Assembly (NCBI GenBank): GCA_965283805.1
Contig: CBDIPV010000001.1
Span: 1,510,925-1,574,924, forward strand
Length of the DNA: 64,000 nucleotides
From: Phycisphaerales bacterium UBA1924
GTDB lineage: Bacteria > Planctomycetota > Phycisphaerae > Phycisphaerales > UBA1924
Reading direction: 5' to 3'
The notes beneath the pieces are model-generated. The model made no database searches, had not been told where the DNA came from, and worked only from the letters and a program-made list of their open reading frames with translations. Shown here piece by piece: positions 47,100-57,692 of this stretch (positions are counted from its first letter, which is position 1; every line of letters starts with the position of its first letter). A program made the translations under genes and the position numbers.

Positions 47100-47720
47100 T
47101 TATCGTCTGCGCCGGGCGAGCAGCAGCATACCGCCCATCAGCAGCGCGCCCCCACCCGGTGCCGGGATCTCTACCGTGAGCACCCGCACGGCGTCGTGCA
47201 GCAGATACCCGCCGGTGCCATAGTTTGAGCGTACTTCGACACGGTCGAACTCGACATTGCTTGACCATCCGTTCCATGTCCAAGCGCCGCTGGCCGCAGC
47301 GCTCAGGGTATCGCGACCGACGAGCGTCTCGCCGTCATACATCGACACCTCGCCGTCTGCGGTATTGCTCACCGATGAGAAGTAGCCGCCGAAGGACCGC
47401 TGGCCGGTCGAGAATACATACGCGATTCCGCCGTCCATGGCACCGAACTGCTTGATGCCCTCATAGGGAGCATGGGTCATGATATAGAGATCCGAATCGG
47501 CGGTATGAACCCAGGAGTCACCTGTGTTGAACACACTGCCCAAGCCATCGAACACATCGACCGCTCCATATTCCAGATAGGCGCTCGTGGACTCGAACCC
47601 CTCGAACTGAAGTGACTGAAACTCACCGACACGCACGATATCCGCGTGCGACCATGCCGTTGCGGATGCGATGACAAAGCAGGTGATAGGGATGGCATTG
47701 CGTTGCATGATGGGCTCCAT
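47100..47720 (-). CDS. PEP-CTERM sorting domain-containing secreted protein
   Basis: From ATG 47720 the protein reads MEPIMQRNAIPITCFVIASATAWSHA (signal peptide). The C-terminus is EIPAPGGGALLMGGMLLLARRRR-stop, i.e. a P-x-P motif, TM helix and Arg cluster. Confidence 0.75.
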   Translation of the reverse strand: MEPIMQRNAIPITCFVIASATAWSHADIVRVGEFQSLQFEGFESTSAYLEYGAVDVFDGLGSVFNTGDSWVHTADSDLYIMTHAPYEGIKQFGAMDGGIAYVFSTGQRSFGGYFSSVSNTADGEVSMYDGETLVGRDTLSAAASGAWTWNGWSSNVEFDRVEVRSNYGTGGYLLHDAVRVLTVEIPAPGGGALLMGGMLLLARRRR

Positions 47721-47866
47721 GGTGTTGGGTCTTGTGAGTGTTGAACTCACAAGCAGATCATGCGAAATGATCGAGCCCAATGCAAACGGTCGTATTGATC
47801 CGTTTTGAAACCCAACCCGCACAACCGGCCCAATCGATCCAGGCCCAACCGCTGCCCAGCATTGTA

Positions 47867-48397
47867 CTACAGGGGGGCGTATTCGCCCTTGGCACCCAGC
47901 AGGAATGCGATCGCCTCGCGTACCGCCGCGTGCCCGCCGTTGCGCGTAGTGATCAACGCACATCGCGCCGAGACCTCGGCCTCGGCGTCCGCTGGGCACA
48001 TCGGGAACCCTGCCCGCTCAATGGCGGGCAGGTCGGGCCAGTCGTCGCCCATGTAGGCAACCCGCGACTCATCGCACCCCGCCTCACGCAGGATGACATC
48101 GAGCGCTTCGGACTTGTTCATGCTGCCCTGGATGATCATGGACTCGGGCACGCCCAGCGATTCGAGCCGGTGCTGCAACGCCGAACCCGAACGCCCGGTG
48201 ATGATCGCGAGCTGGTAGCCCTTGCGCATCCAGAGCTTCATGGCGTAGCCGTCACGCACATGGAACCGCTTGGTCTCGTGACCGTGATCGTCGATGTTAA
48301 TCGACCCATCGGTCATCACGCCGTCGACATCGAGCACCAGCAGCGTTACGGCGCTGGGGTCGCTGAACACGCGAGCCGTGGGCTTTGACTCGCTCAC
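47867..48397 (-). CDS. kdsC: 3-deoxy-D-manno-octulosonate 8-phosphate phosphatase (KdsC family)
   Basis: LLVLDVDGVMTDG...FHVRDGYAMK...AIITGR...MGDDWPDL is the YrbI/KdsC pattern. The GTG start overlaps the kdsD stop. Confidence 0.8.
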   Translation of the reverse strand: MSESKPTARVFSDPSAVTLLVLDVDGVMTDGSINIDDHGHETKRFHVRDGYAMKLWMRKGYQLAIITGRSGSALQHRLESLGVPESMIIQGSMNKSEALDVILREAGCDESRVAYMGDDWPDLPAIERAGFPMCPADAEAEVSARCALITTRNGGHAAVREAIAFLLGAKGEYAPL

Positions 48398-49476
48398 GCG
48401 TCGTCCTCCACCAACTTCATCGCGATCAGATCCTGCACATCGAGCATGCCGATAGGCTTGTGGTCATGATCGACGATCGGAATTTCGTCGGCTCGGTACT
48501 CACGGAACATCGCGACCGCATCGCGGGTCAATGCGGTGTGGCTCAAGCACTTGGGGCCGCGTGTCATCACGCTGGAAATCGGCTGCTGCAGCTCGTCGGT
48601 ATTGCGCAGGATCAACCGGCGCAGGTCCGAGTCGGTGAAGATCCCGGTGAGCTTGCCCTGTTTGTCGGTCACCAACAGCGCACCGGGGCGGCGGACGACC
48701 TTGGCCGCATCGGCCAGTGCGTCAGCGACGCTGTCAGATTCGTGCGCGATGGGCAGGTTTTTTCCGGCGATGAACCGCACCAGCTCGCTCACGGGCTTGA
48801 GCAGCGAGCCCAGCGTACCACCCGGGTGTCGGGCATGGAAATCCTCGTTGCTGAACGAACGACGCCTGGCCACAGCCAGTGCGAGGGCATCGCCGATGGC
48901 CAGCGCCGCGGTGGTCGAGGTTGTGGGCGCGAGAAACTCGCCGTCGCCTGCTTCATCACGCACGCCCACCTCGAGGGTTACATCCGCGAGCCGCTGCAGC
49001 GAGCTGGGCTTGCCGGCCCCGTTGTCATCCGGGATCGGGCCGCGGGTGATGGCGATGATCGGGAGCTTGTCCTGGCGGAGGATCGACGCGAGCGCGACAA
49101 GCTCATCAGTCTCACCCGAGTGGCTCAGGCAGATTACCAGATCGTTCTTGCGGAATCGACCGAGGTCGCCGTGGGCTGCTTCTGTGGGGTGGACCGCGTG
49201 GCTGGTGATGCCCAGCGAAGCCATGGTGGCCGAGATCTTCGCCCCGATGTGCCCGCTCTTGCCCAGCCCCGACACGATCACCGTCCCGCCCGCGTCAGCG
49301 GTCTTGACGATCAGATCGACCGCGGCAGCGTAGCGAGCATCAACGCTACGGGCTAGCTCATCAATCGCCCGCGCCTCATGCTCGAAGACTCGGGAGATGA
49401 ATCGCTGCTCGTCAGCGTCTTGATGTGAATCGGAAATCGCCACCTCGAAGGGCTCCGTTCGCGTGCGTGTGGGCAT
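48394..49476 (-). CDS. kdsD: KpsF/GutQ family arabinose-5-phosphate isomerase
   Basis: SIS domain (GLGKSGHIGAKISATMASLG...SHSGETDE) followed by tandem CBS domains. Confidence 0.85.
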   Translation of the reverse strand: MPTRTRTEPFEVAISDSHQDADEQRFISRVFEHEARAIDELARSVDARYAAAVDLIVKTADAGGTVIVSGLGKSGHIGAKISATMASLGITSHAVHPTEAAHGDLGRFRKNDLVICLSHSGETDELVALASILRQDKLPIIAITRGPIPDDNGAGKPSSLQRLADVTLEVGVRDEAGDGEFLAPTTSTTAALAIGDALALAVARRRSFSNEDFHARHPGGTLGSLLKPVSELVRFIAGKNLPIAHESDSVADALADAAKVVRRPGALLVTDKQGKLTGIFTDSDLRRLILRNTDELQQPISSVMTRGPKCLSHTALTRDAVAMFREYRADEIPIVDHDHKPIGMLDVQDLIAMKLVEDDA

Positions 49477-49503
49477 AGGCAAGGGTATGCACGCAAGGAC
49501 GGA

Positions 49504-49737
49504 TCAGGCGTTCGGCACGAGCTTCTTCCCACGGCAGCACGGGCAGGGAATCGGGTGGCCGGTGCTTGGTTGCAGCGCTGGCACCGCGTTGAACCCCATT
49601 GTCCGCACCGCAACTGTTTGGGGGCACGGGACAAAGCCCCGCCCGAGACACTGCGGGCAGGTCTTGAGTTCGATGTCGCCGACAAGGCGCAGGGTGGTCG
49701 CGTGCGTGTCCATATACGGGTTATCGGCACGATCCAT
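49504..49737 (-). CDS. small Cys-rich zinc-ribbon-like protein
   Basis: CPQCLGRG...CPCCRGKK is a DnaJ-type CxxCxGxG-like pair. Third-position GC is high and coding-like. It ends 27 nt upstream of kdsD. The start is ATG 49737 or 49713. Confidence 0.5.
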   Translation of the reverse strand: MDRADNPYMDTHATTLRLVGDIELKTCPQCLGRGFVPCPQTVAVRTMGFNAVPALQPSTGHPIPCPCCRGKKLVPNA

Positions 49738-49750
49738 GCCCGGATCCAAC

Positions 49751-49790
49751 AAAAAACACCCCGTCAGGGCGTAATCGCCATGACGGGGTG
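49751..49790 (-). terminator. intrinsic terminator of 49826..50434
   Basis: caccccgtca...tgacggggtg 10-bp stem followed on the minus strand by TTTTTT. Confidence 0.7.
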
Positions 49791-49825
49791 ATTCTGGATA
49801 GAAAGGGTTTCACTCAGTCAACTGA

Positions 49826-50434
49826 TCAGCGGCGACGGCGAGCCGTGATCAAGCCGCCCATGCCGAGCAGCGCCATCGCGCCTGGAGCGGGCACGAAGGT
49901 GATCGAGATGTCGTCGATTGTGAACTCCGAGAAGCTGTCGGGCTCAGCACCGGTGATCGCACCGAACTGAATCGTCAGACCGCCGTCGACGTTGGCACCA
50001 GCCATGGTCTCGAAGCTGTAGGTCTGGTAGGTGTCGCTGAAGAAGATGGGGGCGCCGCCGAGGATCTCGCCCGAGGTCACGCCGCCAGCGGCGTCGACCG
50101 AGAAGAGCTCAGCAAAGAACACGCCGCCGATACCCGCAGCACCCTTGGCGCTGAAGGTCACGGTGACCATGTCACCGGCGTTGATCGAGCCGGCACCGAT
50201 ACCGGTCTGCTTGAGCAGGGCGCCCGATGCGTCGGCATCGTTGCGGACATACGCGGCCCAGGTGCCTGAGTTGCTGTCGTCGGAAATCTCGAAGACCGAA
50301 TCACCGGTGCCAAGGGTTTCCCAGCCGGTGAAATCGCCGGTCTCGAAGCCGCCGTTGACGACGCTGGCTTGAGCGACGCCTGCGAGGCTGACGAGTGCGA
50401 GTGTTGCGAGTGCGTTGCGGGTATTGGTGTGCAT
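49826..50434 (-). CDS. PEP-CTERM sorting domain-containing secreted protein (carbohydrate-binding-module-like N-domain)
   Basis: From ATG 50434 the protein reads MHTNTRNALATLALVSLAGVAQA. The N-domain begins VVNGGFETGDFTGWETLG. The C-terminus is FVPAPGAMALLGMGGLITARRRR-stop. Confidence 0.8.
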   Translation of the reverse strand: MHTNTRNALATLALVSLAGVAQASVVNGGFETGDFTGWETLGTGDSVFEISDDSNSGTWAAYVRNDADASGALLKQTGIGAGSINAGDMVTVTFSAKGAAGIGGVFFAELFSVDAAGGVTSGEILGGAPIFFSDTYQTYSFETMAGANVDGGLTIQFGAITGAEPDSFSEFTIDDISITFVPAPGAMALLGMGGLITARRRR

Positions 50435-50597
50435 TTTCAATTCTCCATGTCTACAGATGAGCGGCGAGATCACATGAACTGTCAGGTGAAGGACTCGTCC
50501 ACATCGAATGTAACAGTTACGCCACTGAAGACCAGCAAAGTTGAAATTTGTCCGGTGAAGGGCGGTTTTGAGCCAATGCAGGCCGATAAAAAACTGC

Positions 50598-51641
50598 TCA
50601 GTCCTTCCCATCGACCGCGGCTGTGTCGCGGTTCAGCGTCGACCAGCCCTCGCTGCGTCCGCAGGAGGCATCCAGCACGCCCTGCCGCCAGAGGTAGCGT
50701 TTGAGCGGGATCCAATGCATGGCGAGAATGACCAGCATCTCTCGCTTGAGGTCTGGATCACCCAATAAGGCGCGCTGGGGTTTGTTGGCAAATCTCAGGA
50801 ATGTTTCCTCGATCCGCATCGCATCAGGGCGCTCATTGTGGAGTGCTTGCTCGTAGTAGTTCAACACCTGCGGGTCTGTCAAATCGCGTTTGAACAGGTC
50901 GAGGGCGAAGGGCGGGTTGTGGTTGGCGTAGTGCCAGGCGGACTGGCCGAGGAGGTATTCGCGGCGGTGGACATCGAGCGGGGTATAGCGATGATCGTGG
51001 ATCACACGGGCATCGGGCGCGAAGATGATCGGGACGCCCGCAGCTTGCACGCGGTAGGCGAGTTCGATGTCTTCATAGCCGTAGATGTTGTTGAGCGGGG
51101 CGAGGCCGCCGACCTGCTGGGCGATTGCACGCGGCAGCGACATGTTGAGGCCGTAGCAGTCGCGGTAGCCGGCAGGGGCTCGCTGCGTGCTGGGCTCATG
51201 GAAGAACATGATGTCTGACTCGTGAAGCACGAGATCGAATAGGTTGGGAGTATCCTCGCGTTCGATGGGTTTGAAATCGGCGGCACCGGCGACAAAGCAG
51301 GGACCGAACTCTTGCTGCACACTCAGGTGGGCTTCGATCAGATCGGGCTGCGCGTAGGAATCGTCGTTGAGCCAGATGATGAGGTTGCCGGTGGCCAGTT
51401 CATGCAGCGCACTGCGCACGGCGACCGCCGCCTTGAAGTTGAAGCGGCGGAGCGTGGTGATGGGCTTGATGCGATCGGGCACGGCGGGCACGGGCGTGGT
51501 GTGCTCGTCGCCGTCGAGTCCGATGAGGATCTCGACTTGAAGATCAGTTCGTGCGAACACCGTTTGCGCGGCGACGCAGCGCAGGCACTGGTCGATGACT
51601 GTTGGCCTGGCATGCGTCGGGATGAGGATGCTGATGTCCAC
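50598..51641 (-). CDS. family 2 glycosyltransferase
   Basis: MDISILIPTHARPTVIDQCLRCVAAQT, with later DDS and ED acidic motifs. GTG start. Confidence 0.75.
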   Translation of the reverse strand: MDISILIPTHARPTVIDQCLRCVAAQTVFARTDLQVEILIGLDGDEHTTPVPAVPDRIKPITTLRRFNFKAAVAVRSALHELATGNLIIWLNDDSYAQPDLIEAHLSVQQEFGPCFVAGAADFKPIEREDTPNLFDLVLHESDIMFFHEPSTQRAPAGYRDCYGLNMSLPRAIAQQVGGLAPLNNIYGYEDIELAYRVQAAGVPIIFAPDARVIHDHRYTPLDVHRREYLLGQSAWHYANHNPPFALDLFKRDLTDPQVLNYYEQALHNERPDAMRIEETFLRFANKPQRALLGDPDLKREMLVILAMHWIPLKRYLWRQGVLDASCGRSEGWSTLNRDTAAVDGKD

Positions 51642-51930
51642 AGAGGGTGATTGTACTCGACTACGGCCAACGCAGAAACCAACGCTTGGGTATGTTCAAC
51701 GCGACAGATCCCAAGGGCTTAAAGAGGGCGGACCGAAGAGAGGGCGCGACGGTCTCGCAGAAGATGCAGTTCAGGAAAGGAGATTCTGGGTGCCCATTTC
51801 GCCGCTCGTTTGGACTGGATTGTGTGTGCCTGCCCAAATCACCATTGCAACGGCCACCGGTATCCGCTACATTGCTGCTGGAACCATGTGCTGTGATGAA
51901 CTCGCGGCGCTTTATCTGAGAGGGGCCCCT

Positions 51931-53298
51931 ATGTCGAAACTGTGTCTTCGCCGCGCGTTGTTGTCCAGTGCTCTGAGTGCCATCGGGCTGAGCACCACTT
52001 CGGGGTTTGCCTTGGGGCCGGTTGAGTATGAGCTTGAGCCGCTTTACTCAGGATTCCCCGGCCCGGACGACGACTTCGGCTACAGCCTTGCAATCGATGG
52101 TGGGTACATCGCGATCGGTGCACGCTTTGACGACATTGATGGCCAAGACTCGGGGGCGGTGTATGTCTACAACCGCACGGGCCGAAACTTCCTGTATGCG
52201 CCATTCGCGGCCGATGTCGGGCCGGGCGATCTGCTGGGTTACTCGGTGGCTATTGATAACGGGTTCCTCTACGCGACCGCTCCGAATGACGATGTCGATG
52301 GCGTGATCGACGCTGGGAGTGTGTTTGTCTTTGATCTCTTTAGTAATGGTTTTTTTCATAGACGACTCAATGCACCCGTTCTCACTCGATTTGACAACTA
52401 TGGCTGGCATGTCAGCGCGAGCAACGGGCTCGTCATGGTTGGTGCACCCTCAACACTGGTTGGAGGCGTGCAATCAGGCGTCTCGCACGCGTACCTTTCT
52501 TCATCGTTCACATACCTCACTTCACTCGTGCCCAGCGATGGGACATCACAGGGGTTCTTTGGAACACATACAGAAATCACTGGGGACTATGTTGTTGTTG
52601 GTTCCTCAAGGAACGATATCGGAGTCGGGATCGGAGAGTCTGGCTCGGCGTATGTCTACGACTACGCCTCGGGGAATCTGCTCCACAAGCTGATACCAAA
52701 TGACCCACAAGCCGGCACACAGTTTGGTAGTTCGATCGCGATCCAAGGGAATCTCATCGCGATCGGTGCTCCGTTTACCAATGACCGCGGGCCAAACTCT
52801 GGCTCCGTCTATCTCTTCGATGCGATCACTGGGAATCAGGTCGCCAAGATCATCGCCGACGACACGGATGACTTCGACTGGTTTGGCCATTCGGTGGCGA
52901 TGGATGACGATGTCCTGGTCATCGGCGCCACTTACAATGACACCACGAGCGCTGGCAGGGGTTCGGTGTATATGTATGACATCAACACCTTGAGCATGAT
53001 CGACAAGATCGACATCCCTGTTTTCGCGGGCACGAGCGATCGGTTCGGATCGGCGGTTGCCGCAGGCGAGGGCGATATCCTGACTTCGAACTACAACCAG
53101 TTCGATAATGGCCTTGAAACGGGTGTGGCATACTTTGTCGACGCGATCTGCGATGCAGACCTCAATGACGACGGCACGCTCGACTTCTTCGATGTCTCCG
53201 ACCTGCTCAGCGATGAGCCTGACTACAACGGCGACGGCGTCTTCGACTTCTTTGATGTGAGTGCATTTCTGAGTGACTATCAGATGGGATGCCCGTGA
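51931..53298 (+). CDS. secreted FG-GAP-like 7-bladed propeller protein with GC-type dockerin-like module
   Basis: Signal peptide from ATG 51931. Seven repeats of the FG.S(V/L)A..G...(I/V)GA...D.....GSVY(V/L)(Y/F)D type. It ends CDADLNDDGTLDFFDVSDLLSDEPDYNGDGVFDFFDVSAFLSDYQMGCP-stop. Confidence 0.8.
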   Translation: MSKLCLRRALLSSALSAIGLSTTSGFALGPVEYELEPLYSGFPGPDDDFGYSLAIDGGYIAIGARFDDIDGQDSGAVYVYNRTGRNFLYAPFAADVGPGDLLGYSVAIDNGFLYATAPNDDVDGVIDAGSVFVFDLFSNGFFHRRLNAPVLTRFDNYGWHVSASNGLVMVGAPSTLVGGVQSGVSHAYLSSSFTYLTSLVPSDGTSQGFFGTHTEITGDYVVVGSSRNDIGVGIGESGSAYVYDYASGNLLHKLIPNDPQAGTQFGSSIAIQGNLIAIGAPFTNDRGPNSGSVYLFDAITGNQVAKIIADDTDDFDWFGHSVAMDDDVLVIGATYNDTTSAGRGSVYMYDINTLSMIDKIDIPVFAGTSDRFGSAVAAGEGDILTSNYNQFDNGLETGVAYFVDAICDADLNDDGTLDFFDVSDLLSDEPDYNGDGVFDFFDVSAFLSDYQMGCP

Positions 53299-53530
53299 GT
53301 GATTGATCGCGTAGGGCTCGAGGATCAGTTGCAGACAGAGATGAGCCGGGAAGTGGAGGTCTGGTAGAACCTGCTTGCCTGACTCACTGCACTTCAATAT
53401 GAGGCATCAGACTTTGAAATCGCTGATTGCGTGGGAGATTCGTTCGGAGGTATACTGGTTTCGAGTGTCTGAGCGTGCGGCTGATCCTGCTTCGCCGACG
53501 GTTGGGCTCGCTTCTTGAGGGGGGATCTGT

Positions 53531-54844
53531 ATGCGCGTACGAATGGATTTTGGTCCATCTATCCGATCGATGGCCACGGTGGTGATGGTTGCATTGGCTT
53601 CTGCTGCTCAAGTCTCTTGGGCTCAGATTGTGTTTGGCAGCGATCTGATCAGCCCCGGGACGCCGGTGCTCGGTGAGGACTTTGGCAGCAGCGTCGCGAT
53701 GGGTTCGAGTTACATGATCATCGGCTCGGAGTTCTCCGACGATGCGGGGCAGCAATCTGGCGGAGTTTCGGTGCACAGCCGGGCCACCGGTGCATTCATC
53801 CGCAAACTCACCCCGCCTTCTCATTTCCCCTCCGACCTCTTTGGTTCGAGCGTCGGGATCGAGGGCAACACAGTTGTCGCAGGCTCACGCATCAAGGGCA
53901 AGGCCTATCTCTTTGACGCGGCAAGCGGTGCTTGGCTTCGCACGCTTGAACCCTCCGATGGTGCCGCAGCCGCGAACTTCGGTATCTCTTGTGCGATTTA
54001 CGACGACATTGTGCTTGTGGGATCGGTCGGCTCGCCCAATCTCGACGGCACAACCGGCGGGGTCTATGTCTATTCACTGAGCTTCCCCACTGACAACGAG
54101 ATTATTCGTTTACGCCCGGACTTCTTCATGGGCGATGATCGTTTCGGACACAGCGTGGCGCTCAACGATGCGTACGCCGTTGTTGGGGTAAGCAATAGCA
54201 CGAACCATGGCGCGGTCTACATATTCGATATCAATACCGGGGCACGGCTGCATCGCCTTGTACCTGATCCATCGCCCGAGAGTCCGAGCTTTGGGCAGTC
54301 GGTCGCGATTGTTGGGAATCTGGTTGTTGTTGGCGCGAGCCGAGACGCTGATGAGGGCACGCGGGCGGGGGCGGTCTATCTTTTTGACGCGGTCACTGGG
54401 AACCAGCTCTTGAAGCTCACCCCGCCGCAGCTCACGCCGTTTGATAACTTCGGGACTTCAGTGGCCGTGAGCAACAACGCGCTGATGGTCGGCGCACCGG
54501 GTGATATGGGCGCTCGGGGCTCTGTGTATGTGTTCGCCGGCCCGAATCTTGATCTGATCGACATCGTGATTCCGCCCGAAACCAACGGCGGAGACCGATT
54601 TGGAGATGTGATCTCGATCGATGGGGCCGAGGCGCTGGTCGGCGCCCCCAATGTTGACCCGAAACCGGGAGCCGCATATCGGATCTTCCCGCGATGTGCC
54701 GCAGATCTCAATGAGGACGGCACTGTCGATTTCTTCGATGTGTCCTACTTCATCAACTTCATGGTCGACTTCAATGGCGACGGGGTGTTCGACTTCTTTG
54801 ATGTGAGTGCATTTGTGAACTCGTATCAGTCGGGGTGCCCGTGA
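53531..54844 (+). CDS. secreted FG-GAP-like propeller protein with GC-type dockerin-like module (tandem paralog)
   Basis: Same repeat type as 51931..53298 (FGSSVAMGSSYMIIGSEFSDDAGQQSGGVSVH etc.). It ends CAADLNEDGTVDFFDVSYFINFMVDFNGDGVFDFFDVSAFVNSYQSGCP-stop. Confidence 0.8.
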   Translation: MRVRMDFGPSIRSMATVVMVALASAAQVSWAQIVFGSDLISPGTPVLGEDFGSSVAMGSSYMIIGSEFSDDAGQQSGGVSVHSRATGAFIRKLTPPSHFPSDLFGSSVGIEGNTVVAGSRIKGKAYLFDAASGAWLRTLEPSDGAAAANFGISCAIYDDIVLVGSVGSPNLDGTTGGVYVYSLSFPTDNEIIRLRPDFFMGDDRFGHSVALNDAYAVVGVSNSTNHGAVYIFDINTGARLHRLVPDPSPESPSFGQSVAIVGNLVVVGASRDADEGTRAGAVYLFDAVTGNQLLKLTPPQLTPFDNFGTSVAVSNNALMVGAPGDMGARGSVYVFAGPNLDLIDIVIPPETNGGDRFGDVISIDGAEALVGAPNVDPKPGAAYRIFPRCAADLNEDGTVDFFDVSYFINFMVDFNGDGVFDFFDVSAFVNSYQSGCP

Positions 54845-54927
54845 GTTGTTGAATGCAGAGATGAAGTCGGCACGAGTGGTTTGATGAATTTGCTATGCCC
54901 TGACGGGTCATAGCTGGGTGCCCGGCG

Positions 54928-54967
54928 TAAAACAGAGCACTACTGCGCCGCTTTGCGGCGAGTAGTG
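54928..54967 (-). terminator. intrinsic terminator of the aminotransferase gene
   Basis: cactactgcgccgc-ttt-gcggcgagtagtg stem (one bulge), followed on the minus strand by CTGTTTTA. Confidence 0.6.
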
Positions 54968-54994
54968 GCACCCAAGAGTGACTCAAAGTGTCGG

Positions 54995-56269
<1,275 letters not shown>

Positions 56270-56407
56270 GTCGGGCTCCTGCATGATTGGAATACAGATC
56301 GTAGCCGATCGGGGCCGGTGTGATCGGTCTACGAAACACGCCCGATCGGTCTCGATCGGGCGTGCGTGGTTCGATGGATTGATGGTACGTTGGATTCGTG
56401 TTTGGGA

Positions 56408-56956
56408 TCAGCCGTCGGACATGTAGCTGCCCTGGCGTGCGTTCTGATCGAGCGGGACGCCGCGGTAGCGGCGTGGTTCGACGGGGACCCACTCGCGGTT
56501 GGGGTTTTCGAACTCGACGGCTGGCGGGTCTTCGGCGGGGTACTCAACGCCGTCGCGGATCGCAACCTTGAGCAGCCGTGAGCCGGCCGATGGGACAGCC
56601 ATGGTGTTGGTCAGATCTGAGCGACGCTTGTCCTGGTCGTAGATTTCCCACTGCATGACATCGGGGCGACGATTAGTCCCGTCCTCGGCCCGGTTCTCCA
56701 AGAACCGCACCGTGACCTTCTGTCCAACCGGAACCTCAACGGTCCACAGCGGCTCACTGTCGCGATTGTCATAAAGCGTCACCGTCAGCGGCTCGAACGG
56801 GGTCGAGATGTAGGTGAACGAGTCGGTCGAACGCAGCCCCCCGCCGGGGCTGTTCGAGAGCAGCTGCGAGATACAGCCACCCGCCGAGAGCAGGGAAATC
56901 ATGGCCCCAAGCAGGACCAGCGGGATGAAAAGGCGACGATCGGCGATGCTCGACAT
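56408..56956 (-). CDS. hypothetical lipoprotein
   Basis: From ATG 56956 the protein reads MSSIADRRLFIPLVLLGAMISLLSAGGC (lipobox). 182 aa. Confidence 0.6.
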   Translation of the reverse strand: MSSIADRRLFIPLVLLGAMISLLSAGGCISQLLSNSPGGGLRSTDSFTYISTPFEPLTVTLYDNRDSEPLWTVEVPVGQKVTVRFLENRAEDGTNRRPDVMQWEIYDQDKRRSDLTNTMAVPSAGSRLLKVAIRDGVEYPAEDPPAVEFENPNREWVPVEPRRYRGVPLDQNARQGSYMSDG

Positions 56957-57120
56957 TCGTAATCTCTCCGTCGGGGCGTCGTGCCCTGCGTTCAGTATAG
57001 CGTGGCGTGCCCGGTCTGTGCCTGCTGGCGATTGAACCGGTCTGTGGTTTCTATCGGTACAATGGGGTACGGACTCGCCATAAACTCGGTTCACCCCACC
57101 CCGAAACCATTGAGCAACTC

Positions 57121-57651
57121 ATGCCCAGCACCCCCAACACCCCAAGCAAACCCAACACCATGCGGATTGGGCACGGCTACGACCTGCACCGGCTCGAACC
57201 CAACGGCGACGATCAGCCCGGACGCCCGCTCAAGCTCGGCGGGGTCGAGATCGACCACGATCGAGGCCCGATCGCCCATTCCGACGGCGATGCCCTGCTC
57301 CACGCCGTCACCGATGCCCTGCTCGGGGCGATCTGCGAGCCCGACATCGGACAACTTTTCCCCAACGACGACCCACGAAACGAAGCGCAGGACTCCCGTA
57401 TCTTCCTTAAGGCCGCCGTGGAGCGGGTGCACGCTGTGGGGTACAGGATCGGAAATCTCGACGCAACGATCGTGCTCGAACGCCCCAAACTCAGCCTATA
57501 CAAGGACTTGATGCGCGCCAATCTCGCCGCGGGACTGGGTGTTGAAGTCGATCAGGTGAACATCAAGGGCAAAACCCACGAAGGGGTCGATGCGTTGGGG
57601 CGCAACGAAGCCGTCGAGGTGCACTGCGTGGTGCTGCTGTTACAAAGCTGA
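57121..57651 (+). CDS. ispF: 2-C-methyl-D-erythritol 2,4-cyclodiphosphate synthase
   Basis: RIGHGYDLHRL, HSDGDALLHAVTDALLGA and ERPKL motifs. The start is ATG 57121 or 57160. Confidence 0.85.
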   Translation: MPSTPNTPSKPNTMRIGHGYDLHRLEPNGDDQPGRPLKLGGVEIDHDRGPIAHSDGDALLHAVTDALLGAICEPDIGQLFPNDDPRNEAQDSRIFLKAAVERVHAVGYRIGNLDATIVLERPKLSLYKDLMRANLAAGLGVEVDQVNIKGKTHEGVDALGRNEAVEVHCVVLLLQS

Positions 57652-57692
57652 TATCTTTTCGCAGACGAGCACGGTGTAAACTGGCGTATCGC

